From contig NC_086097.1 of NCBI RefSeq assembly GCF_963921235.1, positions 70,620,001 through 70,684,000 on the forward strand: a stretch of DNA of 64,000 nucleotides. Direction: 5' to 3'. The notes below the pieces were generated by a model, which was not told where the DNA came from, searched no databases, and saw nothing but the letters and a program-made list of their open reading frames with translations. Below, in pieces: positions 22,510 to 34,699 of the stretch (position 1 is its first letter; the number at the start of each line of letters is the position of its first letter). The position numbers were made by a program, and so were the translations under genes. This stretch comes from Mobula hypostoma (Eukaryota).

Positions 22510-24586
22510 ATATAGTATAATGCTATTGAAATTCACCCATTTAATGATACTTCATTTATATTTGAAGATTTAATTAAAAAACCTCAAATCCAAAGAATTT
22601 TTCAAGATCAAAAACTTTGCTAAAGATTTGGACTTTAAGAAGAGTGTTGAAGGAAAGAAAATAGAGTCTGATGATAGAGAAGATATGGACTGGAACATAT
22701 ACAACTTTGGAGACAGAATGGAAAAGATAAGAACTAAGCAAGAAAATGTGCAACTTAAAAATCTGCTATCTCTATTTCTGAATTTGATTTTCAAAGAAAT
22801 AAAAACATCAAAATTGTAATCACAAATTGCATTTAGTGGACAGAACATAGCTCAAAATCATATAGTTCGAACATATTTGCAATTAAAGCAGGTTTTGCTC
22901 AGTCTGGGAAATACAGATTTTTGTTTAGATTCCTTTTCCTGATTCCAAACTTTTGGATGTAGAAGTCCATTTAATTATCAAACTCTGCCATTGGTTCCTG
23001 AAACACTTTCTTTAGAAAGTCTAGTGTAGTTAGCCCCTTCTTTTTTATATGCTTGCTAGTCATGAATGGGTATTACTAATTGAAATGGTGAAATGAAGCA
23101 CTGAAACAAGAACAAACGCTGATGAATTTAATTAAATATTTTATAAATGTTAAGAAAATTAAAGATGCAATCCTTTTGAAGAATATTAGTGAACAAAAGG
23201 AATAATAATGGCAATTTATTTACCATCTGGTAATCTACTAATTGTGTTGAATATCATCTAAATAATTCAAATGTAATATACTAGCTACTGAAAGGTAAGA
23301 CATGAATGTGTTGCTGGTAAAATTGTAGCTGAAATCTAAATTTTTTAAAATTTCAGTTTATCAAAAAAAATGAAATGGAGACCTCCACTTCATCTGCTGA
23401 GAGGTATGTCTGTTATACAGTAATCAGTGCTCCTGGAGTAGCCTTAACAAAGAAATTGTGGATTACAGCTTTTAAATTGTGACCCTAGAATGTTCTGGAT
23501 TGCTCTTCAGTCTGATTGCAAGTGGAATATGTTGATCATTTGTGTTTTTCTAACAGCTTTTTAATTCAGGCATAATTTGGAGGACTTTTATAATCCCAAT
23601 TTGAAATAAACCCAGCAGCAATATAAAATGAAGGAAATGAAGACAAATTTTGTCTGGAGCAGTGATTTTTCACGCTGATTGGCTGCTTCACTTGCAAGAT
23701 GCTAGAAATTGTTCAGCAGTTATGATTGGAGCTTTTACAGTTTAATAAGGTGGCAGCTGTTTGCCTAACACAACCACTTTCCCTCAGAAATAATGATTTC
23801 ACTTTTGGCTGCAACTTCATACTAACCACAGGTTGTTCCATTTACGGTATGTATGACAAACTCAATTTACATAGAGAGCCTAATCCAACATCCTAAGAAT
23901 TGACATGGGCCATTTTTAGCAAAGCATAGAGCTTTGTATATATTTTGTCCTCTCTTTGGTTGAATAAAATGTCTGTAATTAATATTAATTCCTGAAACCG
24001 TATCTTTTTTGTTCAGCAGCATATTGGAATCAAGTTTGCACAGAGTATATTAGAGATACTGTTGACTGCCTGAACTCAGAGTTGGATTTACCTTAAAATC
24101 AAAAGATGCTGTTTCATGACTTTCTATAGAATTAATTTTAAAAATTGGAGCTATTTCCATGGAAGCTCCAAACAACTTGTCCATTTCTGTAACAGTCTAA
24201 ACAATATGCTTAGAAGCTATCAGGAAAATGAGAGAATATGCTTTGCCACTTCACTTTCTCTGGAGAATAAAAAAAAATCTGATGAGACAATGAGGACCGG
24301 AGGTCTAAGTGTTACTTTGGAAGAGTAGGAGCACCCTGCTTGAGATCACCGTGAATGGACCACTGTTGCTCCATTCATGGGTCTTGTCCTGTACATCAGT
24401 CAGTCGGTAAAGTACAAATGGGATATTCAGTTCCAGTAGCCATTGTGAATCTTCAGAATCAGTGACTGCCTGAGACATTTAGATTTGATGAAGGTCACAA
24501 TGGGAAGCATTCTGAGAATGCTTTTACATGCCATCTCACCAATCAAAACTTCTCACCACCTGCAATGTTTTAATGGTTAATTATTA

Positions 24587-26217
24587 CAGGTGTCCCCCGC
24601 TTTTCGAACGTTCGCTTTATGAAACCTCGCTGTTACGAAAGACCTACATTAGTTACCTGTTTTTTCTAACAGAAGGTGTTTTCACTGTTACAAAAAAAGG
24701 CAGTGTGCGGAAAAAGTACCTCGCGAAAAAAAGCAGCACGCGATAAAAGCAGCGCTACGCACGCCCCGAGCAGCCACACTCCCCCGGATTTGGAACTGCA
24801 TTCTCACCGGCATTACTTAAACACATGCCTGTGAGCAGCCATTTGCAAGATGAGTTCTAAGGTATCGGAAAAGCCTGAAAGAACTCGTAAGGGTGTTGCA
24901 CTTAGCGTAAAACTAGACATAATTAAGCGTTTTGATCGTGGTGAACGAAGTAAGGACGAAGTGAGTTTGACTTGTGGAAGTTGACGAAGATGATGTTGAA
25001 GAGGTTTTGGCATCCCATGACCAAGAACTGATAGATGAAGAGCTGATGCAATTGGAAGAGGAAAGGATAACAATCAAAACCGAATGCAGTAGCGAAAGTG
25101 AAGTCGTCCAGGAACTGAACGTGAAGCAACTGCGTGAGATTTTCGCTGCAATGATAAAGTACAACCTTAATTTTGAAAGGGTACGTCGGTTTAGGGCATA
25201 TTTGCAAGATGGTTTGAGTGCTTACAAAGAACTGTATGATAGAAAAATGCGTGAGGCCAAGCAGGCAAGCAAGCCTTCCACATCAGCCACAGCAGACGAC
25301 GAACCTCGACCTTCGACATCGAGGCAGGAAGACATAGAAGAAGATGACCTGCCTGCCCTGATCGACGTTGAGATGACACCCCAGTGGCCCCAACCCTCAA
25401 GCCGCGGACAGATTACAGATTCGCGGAGAATGCAGCGGTAGCCGGGAGGCATCCAGCACATCTTTAAGAAAAAAGCCGAAATAAACATGCTAATTAATTA
25501 GGTGCCGTCCAGCACGTAAATGTCGGCCTAGATAAGAGGCGATTGCCGACTGCGTCGCCTCTGATCTGGGCCGACATTTATGTGCCGGGTGGCACCTAAT
25601 TAATTAGCTTGTTTATTTTGGCTTTTTTCTTAAAGATGTGCTGGGTGCATCCCGGGCACTGCTGGACCATTGCATGCTTCACGGATTGGTATCAGTTCGC
25701 TGCCCGGAGGGTGGGGGCCACTTCACCACCCCAACCTCTGATGACTCAGCCCAACACACCATCATCAGTGTGCTCGATGTCTTCCCAATTCCCATAAGTG
25801 ATATTACACTGTACATACATTATTTCTACTTTATATTGGCTGTGTACTTTTAGGTGTTATTTGGTATGATTTGGCAGCTTCATAGCTTAAAGGTTACTGG
25901 AGAGCGCTTGCGCCGTGTTTCTCGCGCTTGCGTGAGATTTTCGCTACGGAGAACATTGCAGGCAATCGTTGTAGAGAAGCATTTCTAATTTATATAAGCT
26001 GTGAACTTATCATATCATTCCTGCTTTTACTATATGTTACTGTTATTTTAGGTTTTATGTGTTATTTGGCATGATTTGGTAGGTTACTTTTGGGTCTGCA
26101 AATGCTCACAAATTTTTCCCATATAAATAAATGGTAATTGCTTCTTCGCTTTACGACATTCCGGCTTACGAACCGTTTCATAGGAACGCTCTACCTTTGG
26201 ATGGCGGGGGAAACCTG
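24587..26217 (+). mobile_element. Tigger/pogo-type DNA transposon, internal-deletion derivative
   Basis: TIRs caggtgtcccccgc / gcgggggaaacctg flanked by TA (24585-24586 and 26218-26219); ATG at 24850 gives MSSKVSEKPERTRKGVALSVKLDIIKRFDRGE (CENP-B/psq HTH start), which jumps directly to the acidic C-terminal region (ORF 24974-25441); DDD core absent. Confidence 0.88.
25383..25722. repeat. Long imperfect palindrome inside the Tigger derivative
   Basis: 25442-25542 pairs with 25555-25655 with only scattered mismatches (e.g. ctaattaattaggtgcc / ggcacctaattaattag); looser pairing extends to agtggcccc / ggggccact. Confidence 0.92.
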
Positions 26218-26587
26218 TAATCAATTAATAGTTAGAGCTTTTATTCTTTCCTTCATATATTTTACCTTATGAAAAAGTTTCTGGTTCTACCAATTTGATT
26301 TATTTTCCCAATCCTAAACTGGGGAATTGTTTGGTTTTGGTAATTTGTACCATATTAAGTTACCGAGCAACAGCAGTGAGTTCTAGTCAAATGCAAGAAT
26401 TGTGTAAGAGGACCTCAGGAAATGAATATTTCTTTGCACAAGGAATATATTTTTGTAATACAGAAAAAAAAATTGAAACATAAGCAGAAGTTAAACATAC
26501 TATACCAGGAAAAGGAATGTGGACTATTTAACACGGAAGAAAAATAACTATTAATTAGGGCTGCAACTAGTTGAGTTTGGAAATCTA

Positions 26588-26591
<4 letters not shown>

Positions 26592-26634
<43 letters not shown>
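26592..26634 (+). repeat. (CA)n microsatellite
   Basis: About 21 uninterrupted CA units. Confidence 0.97.
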
Positions 26635-26639
<5 letters not shown>

Positions 26640-27256
26640 TTTTGTGTGTGATTTTGTGTCTTTTATGGACTTCTGCATGTTAACTCGGAGATATCGATTA
26701 CTGATTTCAGTTGAAGTGTTCGTAGACTGTGCCACTGCAATATGCAGAGATTCAGGAGCTTAAACAAGCTCGGTCTGTTTATTCAATGTCTCACCTGAAT
26801 TCTGGCTAAGTGACCTCACAATTATTCAGTATATGGATCTAAAATTATTCTGGTGAAGTTTTCTGTACATAAAGCAGAGAAGCACCTTCCATATGAATTT
26901 GTAAACACAATATTTGGTTCAAAATTTAGTTATTTAAAATTCTATAGACATAGATTCAACAGGGAACTTTTGCAGCATTTCTGAATTGAAATTGCAGACC
27001 TCAAGGTGTTTTACTGTTTTCATGTAAATGATACTGTTTAATTCACTTTCCATTTGGCATACAGCATCAATTAGGAATTGCAAAAATATTCTGAGAGTGT
27101 TTATAAATTATGCACTGCAATAACCATTTTCTTGAATTGGAATTCCTTTCTTCAAATTAAATAAAACTATCAAAATCTTTTGATCAAATTCCACAATTCA
27201 TTCATATGCAGTGGATCATTGCTAAGTGTTGGGCTGGTCCTTGGCTAATACTAATT

Positions 27257-28440
27257 AGTTCAAGTTCAAGTTTGTTGTCATCTAGTTATACATATATACA
27301 ATCAAATGATACAATGTTCTTCAGGACCATCAAAACATTTATACACACAGCACATAAAACAAAATATTACCACAAATAAGTTAATAAAGTATAATTCAAA
27401 GTGCATGTATTGCACAGCACAGGTAAACAATAAACAGTACAATAAACAGCTCACAGTCCTGGTGACGAGGTCTCAGTGGTGACAGGGTGTTATTTAGTCA
27501 CACAGCCTGAGGAAAGAAGCTGTTACCCAGTCTGCCAGTCTGTCCTGATACTCTTGTACCTCCTTCCTGATGGTAGTGAGTCAAAGAGATTGTAGAATGA
27601 GTGGTAGGGACCCTCCACAATGCTTCAGGCCCTTTGTATACAATGCCCTTGGCAAATGTCACAGATAGTGGGGAGGGAGACCCTGGTGATCCTCTCAATG
27701 GTTTTCACTGTCCTCAGTAGAGTCTTGTGGTCCATGTCTTGCAGCTTCCATACTGCACGATGATGCAGCCAGACAGGACACTGTCGGTGGTACTCCTGTA
27801 GAACATTGTTGGAATTGGGGTGGGGAGCTGTGCACACCTCAATCTTCTCAGAAAGTGTCGATGCTGCTGTGCCTTCTTGACTAATGAGGAAGTGCTGCAG
27901 GCCGGTTAGATCATTCATTATGTACACACCAGGGAACTTTGTGCTCTTCACTCCCTCCACAACAAAACCATTAATGTGCAATGGAGAGTGGTCGACCTGT
28001 GCCTTCCCGAAGTCCACAATATTTTCTTTTGCTTTGGCCATGTTGAGACTCAGGTTGTTCTTTTCACACCATTTGCCAGGCCTCTCTACCTCCTCTTTGT
28101 ATGGCGACACATCAAGGTTGCTGATGAGGCCAGCCATTGTTGTATCATCAGCAAACCACATGGTGTGGCTTGAGATGCATATGAAAGAACAGCCATGAGT
28201 CTTCAGCGTAAACAGCAGCAGGCTGAGCACATAACCCTGGGGGGTGGGGACCACCAGTACTCAGCATGATGGAGCTTGAGACGTTACTGCCAACTTGAAC
28301 TGACTAGGGTCGTTCTATCAGGAAGTCAAAAATCCAGTTACAGAGAGGGGTGTTAAATCTGAATGAGTACAGCTTACCCACCAGCCCCTGAGGGATGATC
28401 AAGTTAAATGCCGAGCTGAAGTCGATGAACAACATCCTTG
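27257..28440 (-). mobile_element. Rex1/Babar-type LINE fragment (RT)
   Basis: ORF 27625-28254 PQGYVLSLLLFTL..FADDTT..LSLNMAKAKE; (ttgaac)n tail at about 27257-27272. Confidence 0.88.
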
Positions 28441-29509
28441 TTTGTCCATGGAAAGTTAGGAAGCTATTTAAAGCTCTTTTGAAAAAGTTTACAAATAAAC
28501 TTACAACATTCCCAAGGCTAAATCTTCAGATTTGCAATGATATCAACATCTCCTACGACTGTGAGACACTAAGAATACTGTGTCTAACTACAAAGCGCAA
28601 GAGCACCAGAAGAAAGTCTTTCCAGCTTGAAATTTACCTTCTGAAATTTACTATTTAAACTTTGCCCCTTTGGAAACCCTTCAGTAACTGTGACGGAGAA
28701 AATGGTTAGGTCATTGTATCATTTTAAATGTTGTATTGAAATAGCTTTTCCATTTTTTTTTGCAGTGTCAACAGTAACAAGAATCAGAGGTGTATTAAAA
28801 CCATGGACTTTGCAATGGCCAGACCAAATTTAATGATCATATTCCACCTCAGCTAATAGTGAAAAACACCCACAAATTTCTATTCTGCATATTGTTGATG
28901 TTAAGGTGGCCATCCACTTTTTCTTCAATCAAAGGGTCACCCCTATAGAGAAATACAGATTTCCTTCTCTGAACTCTCTCCTAGGAGTGCACTCAGGTAA
29001 GGAACTAACTGATGATTCTTGAAAAAGTGCCTCAATTATTTGTTTTACTGGTTTTCCTCAAAAATTTATTTTGTTGTATTTTATTGGAGACAACTGGATG
29101 CAAATTTCTGTTGCTCCTAGAATTTTTTTGTCCAGAAAGTGAGATTAATCTTCACTCTTTCCTTCTGTTATACAGACACTGTGCCAACTTTATCCTGCTT
29201 GGTGATTTGGTTCATATAGCTAATACACTTTGTGATCTGTGATACATGATATCTCCATGCTGCAGTGAGAGGGATCCAAATTCTTGTGTGGCCCAGTCCA
29301 TTTCAAGCTGGCCTAAAATTCTTAAAGCCCACCTGCTCTTCATAAAGGAGGAAACATTGTCGCGGGAGGAATTGTTGGTATGAGCACCACAACAGAAGCT
29401 CACCTGTGAAGCTGTGGTGGCCAATCTGTGTGAACATCTGTAAGCACTGAATCAATAAAGCACTGAGTCTCTTTAGGACTTACGAAAATTCTTCATTACA
29501 TGCACTTCA

Positions 29510-31045
29510 ATCTGAATCAGGCTTTTATATCACTGCCGTGTGTCAAGAAATTTGTTGTTTTATGGAAGCAGTACTCTAAGAAATAGTGCAAAGAAAGCAG
29601 AATAGTGGAGTAATGTTCATGGACCGTTCAGGAATCTGATGGTGGAGAGGAAGAAGCTGTTGTTAAAATATGGAGTCTTCAAACTCCTGTACCACCTCCC
29701 TTATTGTAGAAATGAGAAGGGGCCATGTCCTGGACGGTGAGGGTCCTTAATGATAGATGCTGCCTTCGTGAGGCATTGCCTTTTGATTATGCTCTTGGTA
29801 TGGGGAGGCTAGTGCCCATGATGGAGCTGACTGAATTTCATAGGTGATCAATCTGCTCCTTTTTTCCATTTCTGTGCATTGGAGCTTCCATTCCAGATGG
29901 CGAGACAACCAGTCAGAATGCTCTCCACAGTGCATCTGTAGACACTTGCTAGAGTCCTTGGTGATACACCAAATCTCCTCAAACTCCTGATGAAGTAGAG
30001 CATTGGGTTCTGAGATTTTTAAAGCAAACTCTTGACTGGTGTGCCTTCTTCATAACTGCATCGATATGTTGGATCCCAGATAAATCCCCCGAGATGTTAA
30101 CACTCAGAACATGAAACTGCTTACCCTTTCCATTGCTGACCCCTCACTGAACACTGATGTGTGTTCTCCTGATTTCCCCTTCCTGAAGTCCACAAACGTT
30201 CTTTAAACTTACTGATGTTGAGTGCAAAGTTGATGTAGAAACACCACTCAACCAGCCATACAGGGGGGAGGAGAAGATGGCGGCGCAACGCAGCACGCGC
30301 GGCCGCTCTGGAATGATATCTGTATTTGTTAAGTAGGGTACCGTGCACAATCCTGATTTGTTGGAGACAGACATTGGAAACACAGAGGAACATCTGGAGA
30401 AACTTCTAAAATGCCCGCTTCACTGCCACTGCTGCTGTGTGATCGAGAATCTCGGAGGGGAAGGTCCCAAATCCTCGGCTTTGCCTGCTGCTTGGCAGCT
30501 GGGGCCGGGGTCAAAGCGCTCAGCAGAGATGGTGCTCGGTGCTCAGTGTCGGAGGGCCGGTCGGAGGCTCGAAGTTTTCAGACGGACTCAAGAGTCGGCT
30601 ATGGTCGGGTGCTGCATCGGCAAGTTTACAGCGCTGGAGGTTCATGGCAGGGAGAGTTTTCTTCCTTCTACCATCTGCATGAGATGATGGGACTTTCAAG
30701 AGATTTTGAGACTTTTTTTTTTACCATGCCCATGGTCTGTTCTTTATCAAATTACGGTATTGCTTTGCACTGTTGTAACTATATGTTATAATTATGTGGT
30801 TTTTGTCAGTTTTTCAGTCTTGGTCTGTCTTGTGTTTCTGTGTTATCATACTGGAGGAACATTGTATCATTTCTTAATGCATGCATTACTAAATGACAAT
30901 AAAAGAGGACTGCGTGTCCTCAGAATCTAATCTAATTTAATCTAATCTCTCTTGCTCCCATATGGCTCCTCATCACCGTCTGAGATTCTGCTAAACAGTT
31001 GTGTCACTGGTGAATTTATCAATGGTGTTAGACCTGAGCCTACCC
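29510..31045 (-). mobile_element. Rex1/Babar-type LINE fragment split by the insertion at 30263-30948
   Basis: Rex RT and 3' sequence on both sides join across the insert (caaccagcca...atctctcttgctcc). Confidence 0.75.
30263..30948 (+). mobile_element. Non-autonomous retroposon (family copy 2, apparently full length)
   Basis: Starts ggggggaggagaagatggcggc; colinear with 4495-5270; 3' stem-loop gaggac-tgcgt-gtcctc (30905-30921) followed by an (aatct)n tail. Confidence 0.85.
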
Positions 31046-31139
31046 ACACAAGAGATTTCAGACCAATTTGCACACCTCCCAAATTGCTGCTGAAACAGCT
31101 CAAGTTCACCTGTCATAGCCAATAGCTCCATTATGATTT

Positions 31140-31500
31140 GGGTTTAATGTGTACCAGGTTAGAGCTGCAGAGGAAGGGCAATGCAGGTAAACAATACGTT
31201 GCATGAACATAACGAGGTAGATTGTGAGGTCAACAGTCCATCTTATCACACAAGAGGTCTGTTCAAGAGTTTGATACAGTGGGATTGAAGCTTTCCTTAA
31301 AAGTGGTGGTACACACTTTCAGGATCTTGTATCTTCTGCCTGATAGGAAATAGAAGAAGAGGGAATATCTGGGGTGGGTATAGTGTTTGATTATGCTGGC
31401 CACTTTACTGAGGTAGCAAGGATTATAAATAACGTTCATAGAGGGGAGGCTGGTTTCCATGATATTCTGGGCTGTGTCCACAACTCTCTGCAGTTTCTTG
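31140..31500 (-). mobile_element. Old Rex1-like 3' remnant
   Basis: ORF 31263-31481 ASIIKHYTHP..LSGRRYK..FKESFNP. Confidence 0.65.
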
Positions 31501-34500
31501 GTATCTGTCGCAATCTACACTGACAATATTGAAACCCTGGTGTGGGGGAAAGACAGACTCCAATGTGGAGAGGGCAACCAGAGTTTATTCATAAGAATTC
31601 CAACAGAACATTGATGGCTCAGTCAAGCAACGTCACAAGACTTAACATTCTCAAAACTAGGACCCCGCAATTATCACTAATTAGGCATCAGCTTAAATAA
31701 TGCCAGTAACACGGATTCCCTGAGCCTATCAAAATAAACTTAGCATGTTTAAACGGAAAGCACCAGGAGACTGCATTACAAAGAATTAGTCACTCGAGAA
31801 AAAAAGCTCAAGGAACTCTAAATGATTAATAACTCTCATTAATCAACAATTAACCAGTTCAGGCACTCTAACACTCTTGGAGCCTAATGCTCTCTGATTC
31901 TCTGCACAAGCCCGAAGAGCTCATTACTGAATGAAGACATTTGCAATGCTCAGACCTGGAATGTCTTCATTGCATTACGGCTCCTCCACTGACTTTATTC
32001 AGATTATTGGATCCAAGCAGAAATTCCGTTTTATTAAATTACACACGTACCAAATTTGATACCCAAGGTGAAGGAAAGTCTACTGTTACAATAATCTCTG
32101 ATGCCTTCAAAATTTCAACCCTAGCTTTCAGTTTCTTGACAGCTCTTTGGAGGATATACTGTATGGCTAGCTGCTCGGAAAAGCCTACATCTGTGTCTGA
32201 CAAGTTCTCTCACAGTCATACACCTTGAACTTCACATTCAATTTGTTGCACATCAAGAAGTGTCACCTCCCAGCTCCAAGGCTCTATTTGCAGCACTGAT
32301 AACAGCTAGTCCAGAAGGTGTTGAATCATTCTCTCACTCTATTGTCTCAGTGAATGGATGATTGGAGTAATTCTCAAAGGTTTTATGAACCTCTTCCAAT
32401 ATTTCTCTGGTAGGTCTAACTGCTCAGTGCATTGCTCTGGCTACATGACCAACCAGAAACAGCAACTACATTTTTATTTTCTCCTTATTTTAGCTGAAAA
32501 ACAACTTGATGAAAGAGAAAATTCCTCCTTCCATCGCTTTCACTGCTTGACTCAAAGCTGGGTCACTGGTCGGGCTTTATCTGCTCCACTCTCCAATACA
32601 CAGATCAATGTTGCACTGTTTACTGTAGGCTGCACATCCAGCGCACACTAGTCTCATTGAGTTATAACTATCTCGTATGCAACTACATGCCATCAACACT
32701 AGGTTCAAGCAGATAAATCCAAAATCTGTCTCCTTCAATTCTCACCAATATACTCTTTCATCTATAGTGATTTCAATAGTATTTCACAAAAGGATGCCAC
32801 GTTCTGTGAGTTGTGAGTCATCATGTCTTTGCAAATCTTCAGTGAGGTCATTCTTCATTTTAGGAATATATGCCTTGACTTTAATGCCTATAACCTGATG
32901 GCAATAATTGATGCCTTGACTTGATGTCTACAATTGTTGTGTTACCATTAGATGGTGCTACATCTCTTGCACTCTTCTCTGATCCATAGAAGTTATCTTA
33001 TTTGTTTTTTCGTATTTCGTTATAGCATATAATGCCTTTGAGTCCTGTGTTTGTTGACAATTTTTAATACATTTGAAGATAATTTTAAACACTGAGATAT
33101 ATTTGAAAAGATACATCTTTAGAAAACTAAGTTTACATCTGCTTTTCCTGGCTTCTCAGCTTCTTCTCAGATGTGCTAGAACCAGTGGTCTTGTCTTTTG
33201 TTGCATCTGCTTCAACACTTGTGATCCCTCAAATAACATTTCACTAAAAGAGAAACGATAACCTATAAGAATCAGAATTACAGATTAAAGTAAACAAATA
33301 AAACTATTCTATTGTTGGTGTTCCTGCAACAGCCAAACAAAGGAACTTATGGTAGCAACACTGATGTTTCTTTTTCCAGCAATCTTTACGTATCTTATGG
33401 CAATGAACTAAAAGGAAAGATGTGTCCTTCAGCAGAAGCACTTAACAAGTTACCTAGCAAAATCACTTCAATTATCTAGAAATTCAGTCCCATAGCTCAT
33501 TATTTAATCACCACAGGACTAAGCAGTTGTGTAAAATCAGTTGTGAACTGTGGCCTGTATCCAGATATCATACTGTGCTCATAATGAGGCATTCAATTGC
33601 ATTTTATGTGCGTTTATAATGCACATGTCCATAGTTTATAGAATATGGGAAATATCATTTGTCTTGTAACACCCATTTGACACCACTGCTGTGAAAGTGA
33701 TTTAGGTCTATGCAGCTAACACTCAGCCTGGGACATATACCTCAAGTCAGATTTGACCAACATGAAGAGGCCCTGTGCCTGCAAAGTTTAAAAGGATCAT
33801 CAATTACTTGTAGAATTGTTTGGGAGCCAGTTGCCATAGGAAATGTTGCAATCAGCCACGCAGAAGTTGGGATGTGGAAAAATTCAGAAATATCCTGAGC
33901 ATTTTTGAGATGGCATCTTTGACTTGTTAATAACAAAGTGGAGGAGCTGGGTTAAAAACAGAATGCACTTTATGGAGTTGAGCAAAGCAGAATGGGGCAA
34001 AGGATTAAGTTAGGCAGGATTATCCAACAGGACCAATATGCTATCTGAATGGTAATGACTTCAGAAACCAGAACCTCTCATTGAAGCTCATTGGTGTTAC
34101 TAGGGCCCTAACGTGTCAGCTGGTGGCTGTATCCCATCTTGTCCTGTTAAACATTGAGAAAGAATGCACTGAATACACGTGTATGTATGCATATTTGTGT
34201 GTATGTGTACTTATTGTGTTTGTGTGTGCATATTTTCCAGTAGGTTTGTGCTTGCATGACCGTGTTTGTGATTGCAACTGTGGGAGGTGTATTGATTGTT
34301 AGGGAGTTGTAGTCAGTGAGGTGATGAGGCTGTGAATTGTGCAGAATAAATCAGTGTGTGAATTCAGCATTGCATTTGCCGGCCATTCACCCCCTCAGTT
34401 ACTACTTCATTGGATTGCGTGCCCTGTTTCACTCCAGGACCTCCCTTCAAGGGCCCACTTTCTCAACCAAATGAGCTTATGGACTGCTAACTTCTGGCTC

Positions 34501-34699
34501 TGCACCACAGTCTGTCCTTGCAGTTACTTCCAAGCTGCACAATTAGCTCCAGCGGTGGTTGGAAACAGTGCTCTCTTGGTCTTTAAGAAGTGCAGATACT
34601 GTATAATGTTAATTAGAGCAACATTAATTTAACTGCTGCTCAGAATTCTTGCAATTATTCATTTAAATGGTGCTCTTGGAGAAAGAAATGTGATTGGAA

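Noticed and set aside
24974..25441. 155-aa acidic ORF as a domesticated TIGD/CENP-B-like gene
   Set aside because: It lies within TA-flanked TIRs, lacks the DDD domain, and is out of frame with the HTH start.
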